Part shown: positions 36,895 to 43,853 of the stretch, in pieces | Layout of the letters: each line of letters begins with the position of its first letter | Position numbering within the stretch: position 1 is the stretch's first letter | Notes under the pieces: generated by a model | What the model was told of the DNA's origin: nothing | The model's database searches: none | The model's input: only the letters and a program-made list of their open reading frames with translations | Made by a program: the position numbers and the translations under genes | Source of the DNA: a virus | Taxonomy: Duplodnaviria; Caudoviricetes | IMG/VR virus record: IMGVR_UViG_3300032225_001422 | Location: 1-43,853 of that record | Reading direction: 5' to 3' (one strand) | DNA: 43,853 nucleotides

Positions 36895-37370
36895 CCGACG
36901 ACATTGCAGCAGCAGCAGTCGCCTACGCAGAGCATGGGTGGTTCGTCGTCCCGCTTCACGGAGTGAACGATGACGGTACCTGCACCTGCTATCTCGGGTC
37001 AGAGTGCGATTCGCCGGGGAAGCACCCGCTGTTCCGTGACTGGCCGGAGCGCGCAAGCAACGACCCGGTGCAGGTGGAGGAGTGGTGGGCCGCGTTCGGT
37101 GGTCAGCCACGGAACGTTGGAATCGTCTGCGGTCGCTCAAACCTTGTGGTTGTAGACATTGATGGGCCTGATGGAGAGGCACGGCTGAAGGAGATAGAAG
37201 AACTCCTGCCGCCCTGCCCGCAGGTCATCACCCGGCGCGGGCGCCACCTCTACCTCACCGGTCAGGTGCAGGCAGCAAAGCTTGTGGGGCTTGATGTGAA
37301 GGCGGGCAACGGGTTTGTCGTGGCGCCGCCGTCACGACGGATGGATGGGGGGATGTACGCATGGGCCTAA
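36891..37370 (+). CDS. Bifunctional DNA primase/polymerase N-terminal (Prim-Pol) domain
   Basis: GWFVVPL, CTC..C..PGKHP, NVGIVCG, VVVDID, T.RGRHLY, DVKA..GFVVAPPS. Confidence 0.88.
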   Translation: MTDDIAAAAVAYAEHGWFVVPLHGVNDDGTCTCYLGSECDSPGKHPLFRDWPERASNDPVQVEEWWAAFGGQPRNVGIVCGRSNLVVVDIDGPDGEARLKEIEELLPPCPQVITRRGRHLYLTGQVQAAKLVGLDVKAGNGFVVAPPSRRMDGGMYAWA

Positions 37371-38758
37371 ACGTCCCCGCGATCCCGTGGGATTCAGAGG
37401 TACCCGCGATCCCCGCCGACGTTGCGCGATGGATATGGAACGAGAGCGGCAAGCAGCGGCGCACCGAAACGCGCGCCGACGGTCAGCCCATCGCCGAAGG
37501 CGGGCGCAATAACGCCCTTGCCTCGCTCGCAGGCTCCATGCGCAGGCGCGGGATGAGCCAGTCGGCTATCACCGCTGCGCTCATGGAGGTGAACGATGAG
37601 CAATGCCGTCCACCTCTTGACGACGGCGACGTTCGCCGCATTGCGCAGAGCGTGTGCCGGTACGAGGCAGATGATCCGGTGGTGCGCCTGTTCGAGAAGG
37701 GCCAGCGCGATCCGGTCTATGACGAGGAGGGCCACCTTCAGCATCGGCTTCAGGTCGCCACGCTCAAAGACCTGTACGAGATGGAGTCCCCCGGATACCA
37801 ACAACTGCTCGGGCCGTACATCATTCGTGGCTTGCGCACGCTCATCGGTGCGGGAACCGGCGAGGGCAAAACGACCATCCTCATGTGGATGCTGAAGGCG
37901 ATCGTGGATGGCGAGTCGTTCCTTGACTACGAGGGCGCCGGTCGTGATGAGGAGGGGCGCAAGCCGAAGGTGCTCATCATTGATGCGGAGCAGAGCCTTC
38001 CCGATATTCAGCGCCTCGCCGATGAGACCGGGCTTACTGATTCAGAGGACATCAAGTACATCAGCGCACCTGATGGACTCGACCTCGCGGAAGGAAGCCA
38101 CGACGCAGCGGAGGTCGAGGAAATCTTGGAGGAGGAGCGCCCCGACATTCTCGTGGTGGACCCGCTCTACAAGGCGGCGCGCATTGACTCGAACGATGAG
38201 CGGCAGGCCGTGGATCTCATGCGCCTATTCGACCGCTGGCGTGCGACCTACGGGTTCGCCTTCATCATGCCGGTGCATACGAGGAAGGGACTCAAAACCC
38301 AGCAGGGGGGCCAGCCCTCGATGGACGACATCTTCGGGTCGGGCGCCTTCAGCCGTGGCGCAGAAGTGATCCTCGGCCTGCGGCGCCCCGGCCCGGGCTT
38401 CGCCCGCATGTATGTCTGGAAGCACCGGCCCGGGATGCTTGACGCCGGGAGCCACGTAGATCTCCGGTTTGATCGGGAGACCGGCTTTCACCGGATGGAG
38501 CGTGACGAGGGTAAGAGCGTCACGGAACTGGTGGTGTCGCTTCTGGTGATGAACCCCACGGGTCTCACGCTGAAGGAGATCGCAGCGCAGATGGGCAGGA
38601 CAGAGGACGCGATTCGTCATGCGATCCGCGCATCGGATGGACAGATCAAGGGGGACTTGATCCCCGGCACGAGGGGCAAGAAGCTCTACAAGGCGGTCTC
38701 CGCAGATGAAGGAGACCTCGCACGCTGGGAGGCGATGCTTACTAATGGCGACTTCTAA
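37361..38758 (+). CDS. PriCT domain plus RecA-type (AAA_25/RepA-like) helicase
   Basis: EGGRNNALASLAGSM..N..CRPPL; AGTGEGKT; IIDAE; VVDPL; HTRK; FGSGAF. Confidence 0.85.
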   Translation: MGLNVPAIPWDSEVPAIPADVARWIWNESGKQRRTETRADGQPIAEGGRNNALASLAGSMRRRGMSQSAITAALMEVNDEQCRPPLDDGDVRRIAQSVCRYEADDPVVRLFEKGQRDPVYDEEGHLQHRLQVATLKDLYEMESPGYQQLLGPYIIRGLRTLIGAGTGEGKTTILMWMLKAIVDGESFLDYEGAGRDEEGRKPKVLIIDAEQSLPDIQRLADETGLTDSEDIKYISAPDGLDLAEGSHDAAEVEEILEEERPDILVVDPLYKAARIDSNDERQAVDLMRLFDRWRATYGFAFIMPVHTRKGLKTQQGGQPSMDDIFGSGAFSRGAEVILGLRRPGPGFARMYVWKHRPGMLDAGSHVDLRFDRETGFHRMERDEGKSVTELVVSLLVMNPTGLTLKEIAAQMGRTEDAIRHAIRASDGQIKGDLIPGTRGKKLYKAVSADEGDLARWEAMLTNGDF

Positions 38759-39248
38759 GGAAAAGAAGAACACCCTGCCAGCGAAACCTCATCCGCGGGC
38801 CTTGCCCGCCGAGCAGGTGAAAGAAGCGATGCGAAACGATGAGGCGTACCGCATGAGGATGGGCGGTGCGACCTTCGGTGAGATCGCGAAGGCCCTCGAT
38901 ATCGAAGGCGGGTGGATCGAGGCGTACCAGATCGTTGCCTCGATCTACGGGTCGCTTGTTGCTGAACTTGATGTGCCCGCGATCCGGGCGCGGGAGGCGG
39001 GGCGGCTCATGGATATTCGCGCTGGCATCGAGCCCGATGTTCGCAGGGGCGATGCCAAGATGATCGAGGCAGACCTGAAAATGACGGCGCAGATCGCGGA
39101 ACTGCTTGGTCTGTCCGAGAAGGCCCAGCCCAGCGGCGGGGGCGGCGGTGCGCCGCAGGTGAACATCAATATCTCCCCGCCGTGGGAGCGTCAGCCGAGC
39201 GGCCCCGCCCCGGATGTGATCGAGGGCGAGGCGGTGGAGGAGTATTGA
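38745..39248 (+). CDS. Putative terminase small subunit
   Basis: HTH AYRMRMGGATFGEIAKAL, helical GD..IE..LK...AELLGL, VNINI strand, DVIEGE tail. Confidence 0.6.
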   Translation: MATSKEKKNTLPAKPHPRALPAEQVKEAMRNDEAYRMRMGGATFGEIAKALDIEGGWIEAYQIVASIYGSLVAELDVPAIRAREAGRLMDIRAGIEPDVRRGDAKMIEADLKMTAQIAELLGLSEKAQPSGGGGGAPQVNINISPPWERQPSGPAPDVIEGEAVEEY

Positions 39249-39255
39249 CCCGCTG

Positions 39256-39525
39256 TTAGGAGTCGTCCTCCTCGCGGCGCCGACCCGGACGCCCCTTGCG
39301 CCGGATGTAGAGGAGGTTCCTGATGGCGCGGCCAGTGGCACCGACCTCCTCGCCGATCTCGTCGCTCGTCCAGCCGTCGGCCATCGCCGCCGCCATCGCC
39401 GCGTCACGAGTGACGAGCGCGGCTTCGGCGCGCTTCTTGGCGACTTCGGCGTTCGCGTAGGAGCGCTTCGCTGCGGCGAGGGTTGCGTTGTTGCGGGTCT
39501 TGATGCGCGGCTCCTCTTTTGTCAT
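39256..39525 (-). CDS. Small HTH DNA-binding protein
   Basis: RDAAMAAAMADGWTSDEIGEEVGAT..AIRNLL. Confidence 0.65.
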   Translation of the reverse strand: MTKEEPRIKTRNNATLAAAKRSYANAEVAKKRAEAALVTRDAAMAAAMADGWTSDEIGEEVGATGRAIRNLLYIRRKGRPGRRREEDDS

Positions 39526-39533
39526 ATCTGTAA

Positions 39534-39758
39534 TCAAAGCGTCACCTTCCACGATTCGAGCGACCGTTCGATCTGCTCCTCTGCAACCTCTATCCAGCTA
39601 CGCGCTGCCCTGACCAAGCGGCGTGCCTCGACCAGATCTGTTTCGGCCCACTTCTGGCGGTCCTTGACGCGAGATACGCGCTTCATCAGGCGAGTCGCTT
39701 CATCCAGCGATTTCGCTGCCGCTTCGGTAAAATCATCCGGTGTAATGAGATCGCTCAT
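39534..39758 (-). CDS. Hypothetical helical protein
   Basis: MSDLITPDD..; AAGGAG SD; ATGA overlap with recombinase stop. Confidence 0.6.
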   Translation of the reverse strand: MSDLITPDDFTEAAAKSLDEATRLMKRVSRVKDRQKWAETDLVEARRLVRAARSWIEVAEEQIERSLESWKVTL

Positions 39759-40435
39759 GCCTTCTCCTTCATCATCTGTCGTGACACCTTGCCCCACGGC
39801 TCTCCCGTCACCATGTGCTTCACGGTGTGACGGTTCCAGCGTGCGGCGCGAGGTGGCGTGAAACCTTGCTCGGTAAGTGCTTCTGCGATCTGCTGGTAGG
39901 TGGAGCCGTCGGCACGAAGCGCCTGCGCCGCCAGCACCGCGGCGGGGTCCACCTCCGGGTAGCGCCCCACGTGCTCGCCACGGCGCAGCTTTGCGTGGAG
40001 CGCGGCCTTTGTGTTGTCGCTGATGGTGCGCCGGTAGTGCTCGGCGACCAGCGCCTCCATGCCGTTCATCAGGAACCCGGAGGTGTCGGCGGTGTTGATG
40101 AACCCGCGCTGCGCCGTGTAGATGGGCCAGCCCTCGCGGATCGCAAGGTCGGGGAGCATCAAGCCGTCGGCTGCGTTTCGCGTGAGGCGCGTGATCTCCT
40201 TGACCAAGAAGATCGCCTTGCGCTCGCGGGCAAGGCCCGCCGCCGCCGCCCCTGCGGGCCGGTCGAGCAGGGGCACCTTGCCGCTGATGCCATCGTCGGT
40301 GAACACCGCGAGCGGGGTGAGGTCGTTCTGCTCGCAGTAACGCTCGCATGAGAACAACTGCCCCTCTAGTCCGTTGCCGCTCTCGGCTTGGTCGTCGGTG
40401 CTGACGCGGCGGTAGATCACTACATCGGCGCTCAT
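39755..40435 (-). CDS. Serine recombinase (resolvase catalytic domain plus short recombinase-type DNA-binding domain)
   Basis: IYRRVSTDDQ (catalytic Ser), DDGISG, TRLTR, TISDNTKAAL..G, YQQIAEAL...G......WNRHTV. Confidence 0.88.
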   Translation of the reverse strand: MSADVVIYRRVSTDDQAESGNGLEGQLFSCERYCEQNDLTPLAVFTDDGISGKVPLLDRPAGAAAAGLARERKAIFLVKEITRLTRNAADGLMLPDLAIREGWPIYTAQRGFINTADTSGFLMNGMEALVAEHYRRTISDNTKAALHAKLRRGEHVGRYPEVDPAAVLAAQALRADGSTYQQIAEALTEQGFTPPRAARWNRHTVKHMVTGEPWGKVSRQMMKEKA

Positions 40436-40644
40436 GCCCTCCCCCTCTTTACCTTCTGGCTGTCGCCCGTGGGCCTCGCGGCGGGGGGCCATGCGCGTAG
40501 GTCGTCAATCAGTACGCGCTTATTCATCCCGGCGCAGGCCACTCGCGCCCACTTGTACCCGGTCTCGACAACGCGGCCAAAGTGCCAGCCGCCGTCCTTC
40601 GTGTACCAGCGCACCGTTGCGCCGGTTTCCCATGCTGCGTTCAT
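40432..40644 (-). CDS. Small SH3-like beta protein
   Basis: GATVRWYT..GWHFGRVVE; conserved leader upstream. Confidence 0.65.
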   Translation of the reverse strand: MNAAWETGATVRWYTKDGGWHFGRVVETGYKWARVACAGMNKRVLIDDLRAWPPAARPTGDSQKVKRGRA

Positions 40645-40660
40645 CGTGTCCTCGTTTCTC

Positions 40661-40671
40661 GGAAGGGTTGC
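40661..40671 (-). promoter_or_regulatory. Conserved leader GCAACCCTTCC
   Basis: GCAACCCTTCCGAGAAACGAGGACACG-ATG. Confidence 0.75.
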
Positions 40672-40690
40672 TGATCCGTCTATTGTAGCA

Positions 40691-40744
40691 GACGGGTCAA
40701 GGGGAGCCCCGCCGCGCTACGCGCTGACGGGTCAAGGGGAGCCC
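40691..40744. repeat. 19-bp direct repeat GACGGGTCAAGGGGAGCCC x2
   Basis: Copies at 40691-40709 and 40726-40744. Confidence 0.85.
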
Positions 40745-40954
40745 TCATCGGTACGCATCGCAGGCGTGCGGCGCGGGGGTCTTTGCCACACACTCGATGT
40801 ATGCCCGCAGGTGCTTCGGGGTTGGGGAGCTACCCCCCAGCCCCGGACTACTGATCGCTGCAAGCGCGAGGGCCGCGAGGATCACGGCCCACATGATGCG
40901 CCGCGCCCTGCGGATGCGAGCGCTGCGGGGATCGCTGATAACATGACGTTGCAT
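40745..40954 (-). CDS. Small membrane or secreted protein
   Basis: Basic stretch then IMWAVILAALALAAI; leader at 40969-40979. Confidence 0.6.
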   Translation of the reverse strand: MQRHVISDPRSARIRRARRIMWAVILAALALAAISSPGLGGSSPTPKHLRAYIECVAKTPAPHACDAYR

Positions 40955-40989
40955 CGTTTCGTTACCTCGGAAGGGTTGCGTAAGGTGCC

Positions 40990-41021
40990 GCGCCCCGGTC
41001 CTCGTCAGAGGGCCGGGGCGC
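40990..41021 (-). other. Intergenic GC-rich hairpin
   Basis: GCGCCCCGG...CCGGGGCGC between a stop codon and the conserved leader; no U-tract on the minus strand. Confidence 0.6.
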
Positions 41022-41031
41022 ACTTGTTTGG

Positions 41032-41268
41032 TTAGCCGTGGGATCGCGGGTCGTCGGCGTGATAGACGGGCGTGCCGTCGGCTGCGGCCAGCGGCAGCAG
41101 GTTTGCCAGCGCCTCGTAGATTCCGTCGTCGTCGCCTTCGTCTGCGAGCCGCGTGATCTCATCAAACACGCCCACCGGAATGTCCGACATACTGATCGCC
41201 AGTAGGTCGTCGCGCTCGCATCCGCCCCACGATCCGTCAGGCGCGGCCCAGAAGATTCGATCGCTCAT
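41032..41268 (-). CDS. Acidic hypothetical protein
   Basis: MSDRIFWAAPDGSWG; GAGGAG SD; ATGA overlap. Confidence 0.65.
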   Translation of the reverse strand: MSDRIFWAAPDGSWGGCERDDLLAISMSDIPVGVFDEITRLADEGDDDGIYEALANLLPLAAADGTPVYHADDPRSHG

Positions 41269-41516
41269 GCCGCACGCTCCTCTTGACGAGCGTCGGCCAG
41301 CTCGTGCAAGAAGTTTCCGTACGCACGCTTCATTGCGTCGGATGCGGTCTCCTCGTCGCTTACGCTTGCGACGTAATGCAGGAGGTCGGCAATGAGGTCG
41401 CTCACTTCCGCAGCGATGGCGCCGGGGTCGTTGTCGAAACCGTCGGCGCGGCAATACATGACCATTGCCTCGTTGCCCCGAAATGCGCGGGCGTCGTTCT
41501 GTTCCGCAGCGCTCAT
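41265..41516 (-). CDS. Hypothetical protein
   Basis: N..RA......Y...SDLIADLLHY...A..NF..E; coupled. Confidence 0.7.
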   Translation of the reverse strand: MSAAEQNDARAFRGNEAMVMYCRADGFDNDPGAIAAEVSDLIADLLHYVASVSDEETASDAMKRAYGNFLHELADARQEERAA

Positions 41517-41740
41517 CGCGTCACCGCCTGCGCTGCGTCCTGCTCATCGGCTGCGGCGCGAAGATCGTCTGCCGTTACGTCGCATACGTCCTCCACTTCC
41601 AGCGCCCATTTACGGAGTTTTGCGCTGCTATACACGCCCTCCTTCACCTCGTCCCAATCAATCGCGATAATGCCAAGGTCGTATGAGTCGGTGCGCACGT
41701 TCTGAAGCACGCCACCTGCCATGTTGATAACGACGATCAT
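41513..41740 (-). CDS. Hypothetical protein
   Basis: IVVINMAGGVLQNV..D......IDWD; coupled. Confidence 0.7.
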   Translation of the reverse strand: MIVVINMAGGVLQNVRTDSYDLGIIAIDWDEVKEGVYSSAKLRKWALEVEDVCDVTADDLRAAADEQDAAQAVTR

Positions 41741-41943
41741 CGCGCCACCCCTGCGGGGAGACCTGCCGCACGCTCCTCGCTGCGGGCCATGATGATGCGG
41801 GCCTCGTCAATGGCGTCACGGGTTGCGGCGATCGTCGCCTCGCTGTCGTCCAGCGTCGTGCCCCACGGGGCGATGGCCCGCAGGGTTTCAGCCGCGGCCA
41901 CGAGCGCCCGGAGGGTCGCGCCGCTGATTGCGTATGTCTCCAC
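41737..41943 (-). CDS. Hypothetical protein
   Basis: GTG start after conserved leader at 41963-41973. Confidence 0.6.
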   Translation of the reverse strand: METYAISGATLRALVAAAETLRAIAPWGTTLDDSEATIAATRDAIDEARIIMARSEERAAGLPAGVAR

Positions 41944-41997
41944 TTCTTGTGCCTCGTTTCTCGGAAGGGTTGCTTCTTGGCCCCGCTGGTGCGGGAA

Positions 41998-42044
41998 ACC
42001 CCCGGCGCGGAATCGAACCGCGCGAACCGCCGACCGGCGGGGGT
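41998..42044 (-). ncRNA. tRNA-like structured element D
   Basis: ACCCCCG-CCGGTCGGCGGTTC-GCGCGG TTCGATT CCGCGC-CGGGGGT. Confidence 0.6.
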
Positions 42045-42050
42045 GATGGG

Positions 42051-42416
42051 TTATGCGTAGTCGTCGGTTTTGCTGGGAGTGAGCGCCGGGACGTAATCGT
42101 GGGTCTCGTCTATGTAGAACACAACGTCGTCGTCCAGATCGAAGATCGCGATAGGCCGGGGGAGCCATGACCCCCGGAACGTCTGCACGAACGCGAACGC
42201 ATCGTCCAGCGTGTCGAATCCGTCGCTCCACTCGGCGACGACGGCCCAATCGCCGCAACTGTTCACATCCTCGCTCGTCACGTAGGCGACGATGTAGCGG
42301 TGCGTAGTCGGCGGGTCATCCATTTCGCCGCCCGCGCAGGCAAGCCCCTGCGCCTCGCCACGTGCGTTTCTTGCGCTGCGCTCGCGGTTCGCGGTGTCGT
42401 GTGTGATTCGTGCCAT
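42051..42416 (-). CDS. Hypothetical protein
   Basis: ATG after conserved leader at 42434-42444. Confidence 0.6.
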   Translation of the reverse strand: MARITHDTANRERSARNARGEAQGLACAGGEMDDPPTTHRYIVAYVTSEDVNSCGDWAVVAEWSDGFDTLDDAFAFVQTFRGSWLPRPIAIFDLDDDVVFYIDETHDYVPALTPSKTDDYA

Positions 42417-42481
42417 CGTGTGCCTCGTTTCTCGGAAGGGTTGCGTAGGTGCTGCGGTCCTGCATACGCCCTTACGGGCAT

Positions 42482-42528
42482 ACCCCCGGCGCGGAATCGA
42501 ACCGCGCGAACCGCCTATCGGCGGGGGT
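42482..42528 (-). ncRNA. tRNA-like structured element C
   Basis: ACCCCCG-CCGATAGGCGGTTC-GCGCGG TTCGATT CCGCGC-CGGGGGT. Confidence 0.6.
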
Positions 42529-42534
42529 GGTGGG

Positions 42535-42819
42535 TTAGTGGGTCGCCTTCTCCTCAATCTCCTCGCGCATCGTGTCGAGGTCGTCGGGCCATATCTGCGA
42601 ACGCACCGGCAGCGCCCCGCCGCCGGTTCGCCAGTAGGCGAAGGCGAGGAGGTCGGCCACCTGCATGGCGTCGTCGTGGGACGGGCCGGGGTGGTAGCCG
42701 GTGCCGCTGAATACCGGGCGACCGTCAATGACGACCGAGAAGCGGGAGTCGTCGTAGATGTGAACCGCGAGGTATCCCGGGGACCACTCGGCGGGGGTTG
42801 TGCGGTAGGTGGCGCTCAT
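42535..42819 (-). CDS. Hypothetical protein
   Basis: GAGGTG SD; ATGA overlap. Confidence 0.65.
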   Translation of the reverse strand: MSATYRTTPAEWSPGYLAVHIYDDSRFSVVIDGRPVFSGTGYHPGPSHDDAMQVADLLAFAYWRTGGGALPVRSQIWPDDLDTMREEIEEKATH

Positions 42820-43028
42820 GCGGGCACCTCGCCGGGGTCGCCTTCGTGCAGCACGTCGCCGGTGTCGTCGTCCTCGGTGTAGGTGAACGTCGCGCGAGCG
42901 GTGGTGTCAATGCCTGCGGCTGCGAGTGTGCGACGAATGTCGTCCACCGCTTCGCGCTCTGCGGCTACGCGGTCGTCGCCACCGTAGGTGACAGTTACCT
43001 CGACTGTGATGGCGTGTGACAGGTTCAT
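42816..43028 (-). CDS. Acidic hypothetical protein
   Basis: MNLSHAITVEV; GGAGGTG SD; ATGA overlap. Confidence 0.65.
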   Translation of the reverse strand: MNLSHAITVEVTVTYGGDDRVAAEREAVDDIRRTLAAAGIDTTARATFTYTEDDDTGDVLHEGDPGEVPA

Positions 43029-43333
43029 GCGGGCACCTCCACGGTGCCGTCGGCTGCGAACACAACCGGGCCGCGCTTCCATGCGTAGGTGTAACCGTCG
43101 CTGGTGCGACAGCGGTTCAGATACTCGCGGGTCGTCACTTGGACGGTGGCAATGACGACGACGCCACCCGGGAAAGCTTCGCCCAGATTCGACGAACCGC
43201 CGTATTCGGAAGGAACGAACACCGCGGCGCTGTAGGCGTACTTCTCGCCCTCGCGCACTTCTCGGACGATCCAGCCACGGCGGGGGTTCCCGCTCGGGTC
43301 GTTGTTCGCCTCAATCGTTACGGCAACGTGCAT
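43025..43333 (-). CDS. Hypothetical protein
   Basis: NDPSGNPRRGWIV motif; conserved leader at 43351-43361. Confidence 0.7.
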   Translation of the reverse strand: MHVAVTIEANNDPSGNPRRGWIVREVREGEKYAYSAAVFVPSEYGGSSNLGEAFPGGVVVIATVQVTTREYLNRCRTSDGYTYAWKRGPVVFAADGTVEVPA

Positions 43334-43439
43334 CGTATGTACCTCATTTCGGAAGGGTTGCGATTGTTGGTCCTGCGGTGCTGCTGGTCCTGCCCTGCTT
43401 GCGTCTAGTGTAGCAGACGCGCCGGCGATGGTCGCCGAT

Positions 43440-43489
43440 GCCCCCGGCGCGGAATCGAACCGCGCTCCTGACCGCCTATCGGCGGGGGC
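43440..43489 (-). ncRNA. tRNA-like structured element B
   Basis: GCCCCCG-CCGATAGGCGGTCAGGA-GCGCGG TTCGATT CCGCGC-CGGGGGC. Confidence 0.6.
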
Positions 43490-43497
43490 GGGTGGTG

Positions 43498-43677
43498 CTA
43501 GGCGGCGTGAGGCCGCAGCGCGTCAATCAGGGTGGCTACCTCCTCCGGCGTCATCACGACAGGTCCGGGCCTGCCGGTCTCCTTCGCCGTCATCAGGTTT
43601 ATGCCGCCCGGAACGTCGGCCACGAGAACCCACCCACCTGTTGCGGCGGGGACCGTGCTGGGGTCGTAGGTGGTCAT
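43498..43677 (-). CDS. Hypothetical protein
   Basis: GGAGG SD; ATGA overlap; V.MTPEEVATLIDAL. Confidence 0.65.
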   Translation of the reverse strand: MTTYDPSTVPAATGGWVLVADVPGGINLMTAKETGRPGPVVMTPEEVATLIDALRPHAA

Positions 43678-43730
43678 GCCGTCGCCTCCCATGCGTCGAA
43701 CGCGGCGGCTTCCGCGCCGTCCACGGCGTC

Positions 43731-43853
43731 GGCCAGCGAGTCGCCCACCTCGCTAACGGCCTCGCTCATCCTTGCGTTACCCGCGATGATGTAGCGGGCC
43801 TCCCGTGATGCGCCCTGCGCCACCATTGCGGCGCTCGTGATTTCGTCGGGGCC
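43731..43853. repeat. Terminal direct repeat, copy 2
   Basis: Identical to 1-123. Confidence 0.95.

Noticed and set aside
39534-40349. 271-aa minus-strand ORF as listed in the track
   Set aside because: Its N-terminal part is an alternate frame of the serine recombinase; only 39534-39758 has an SD and coupling
42434-42445. CGCAACCCTT resembles a conserved 16S rRNA stretch
   Set aside because: Same sense rather than complementary and only 9-10 nt; probably coincidence
41998-43489. Genuine tRNA genes at the GGTTCGA(T/C)TCC motifs
   Set aside because: Only 47-50 nt, no D or anticodon arm, no correctly placed CCA; reported as tRNA-like elements instead
40650-43489. CRISPR array
   Set aside because: Repeats are hundreds of bp apart and separated by ORFs; no cas operon (the Cas4-like nuclease is in a normal recombination context)

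Overview
This window looks like a complete, circularly assembled, GC-rich temperate dsDNA phage genome of about 43.7 kb. Bases 1-123 are repeated exactly at 43731-43853, and an ORF reads through the join. It is probably podovirus-like (no recognisable tail tube, sheath or tape measure) with an actinobacterial-type host (inference). Modules: minus-strand terminase large subunit; small genes including a Dps/ferritin-like protein; tail-fibre/appendage genes placed before portal, scaffold and major capsid; tail and ejection proteins; a lysis cassette; an HTH repressor; recombination and replication genes with excisionase, tyrosine integrase and an Rpf-like protein; a putative terminase small subunit; and a leftward array of about 17 small genes that includes a serine recombinase. 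The most unusual feature is the punctuation of that leftward array. Four intergenic ~50-nt tRNA-like elements (closing stem plus T-arm with TTCGA(T/C)T loop, covarying, no anticodon arm) each lie just after a stop codon, upstream of a conserved GCAACCCTTCC leader found six times. Also notable: a prim-pol/helicase gene split by a 26-nt duplication, separated and oppositely oriented terS/terL, and a candidate attP repeat cluster. All product calls come from motif recognition by eye; no searches were run.
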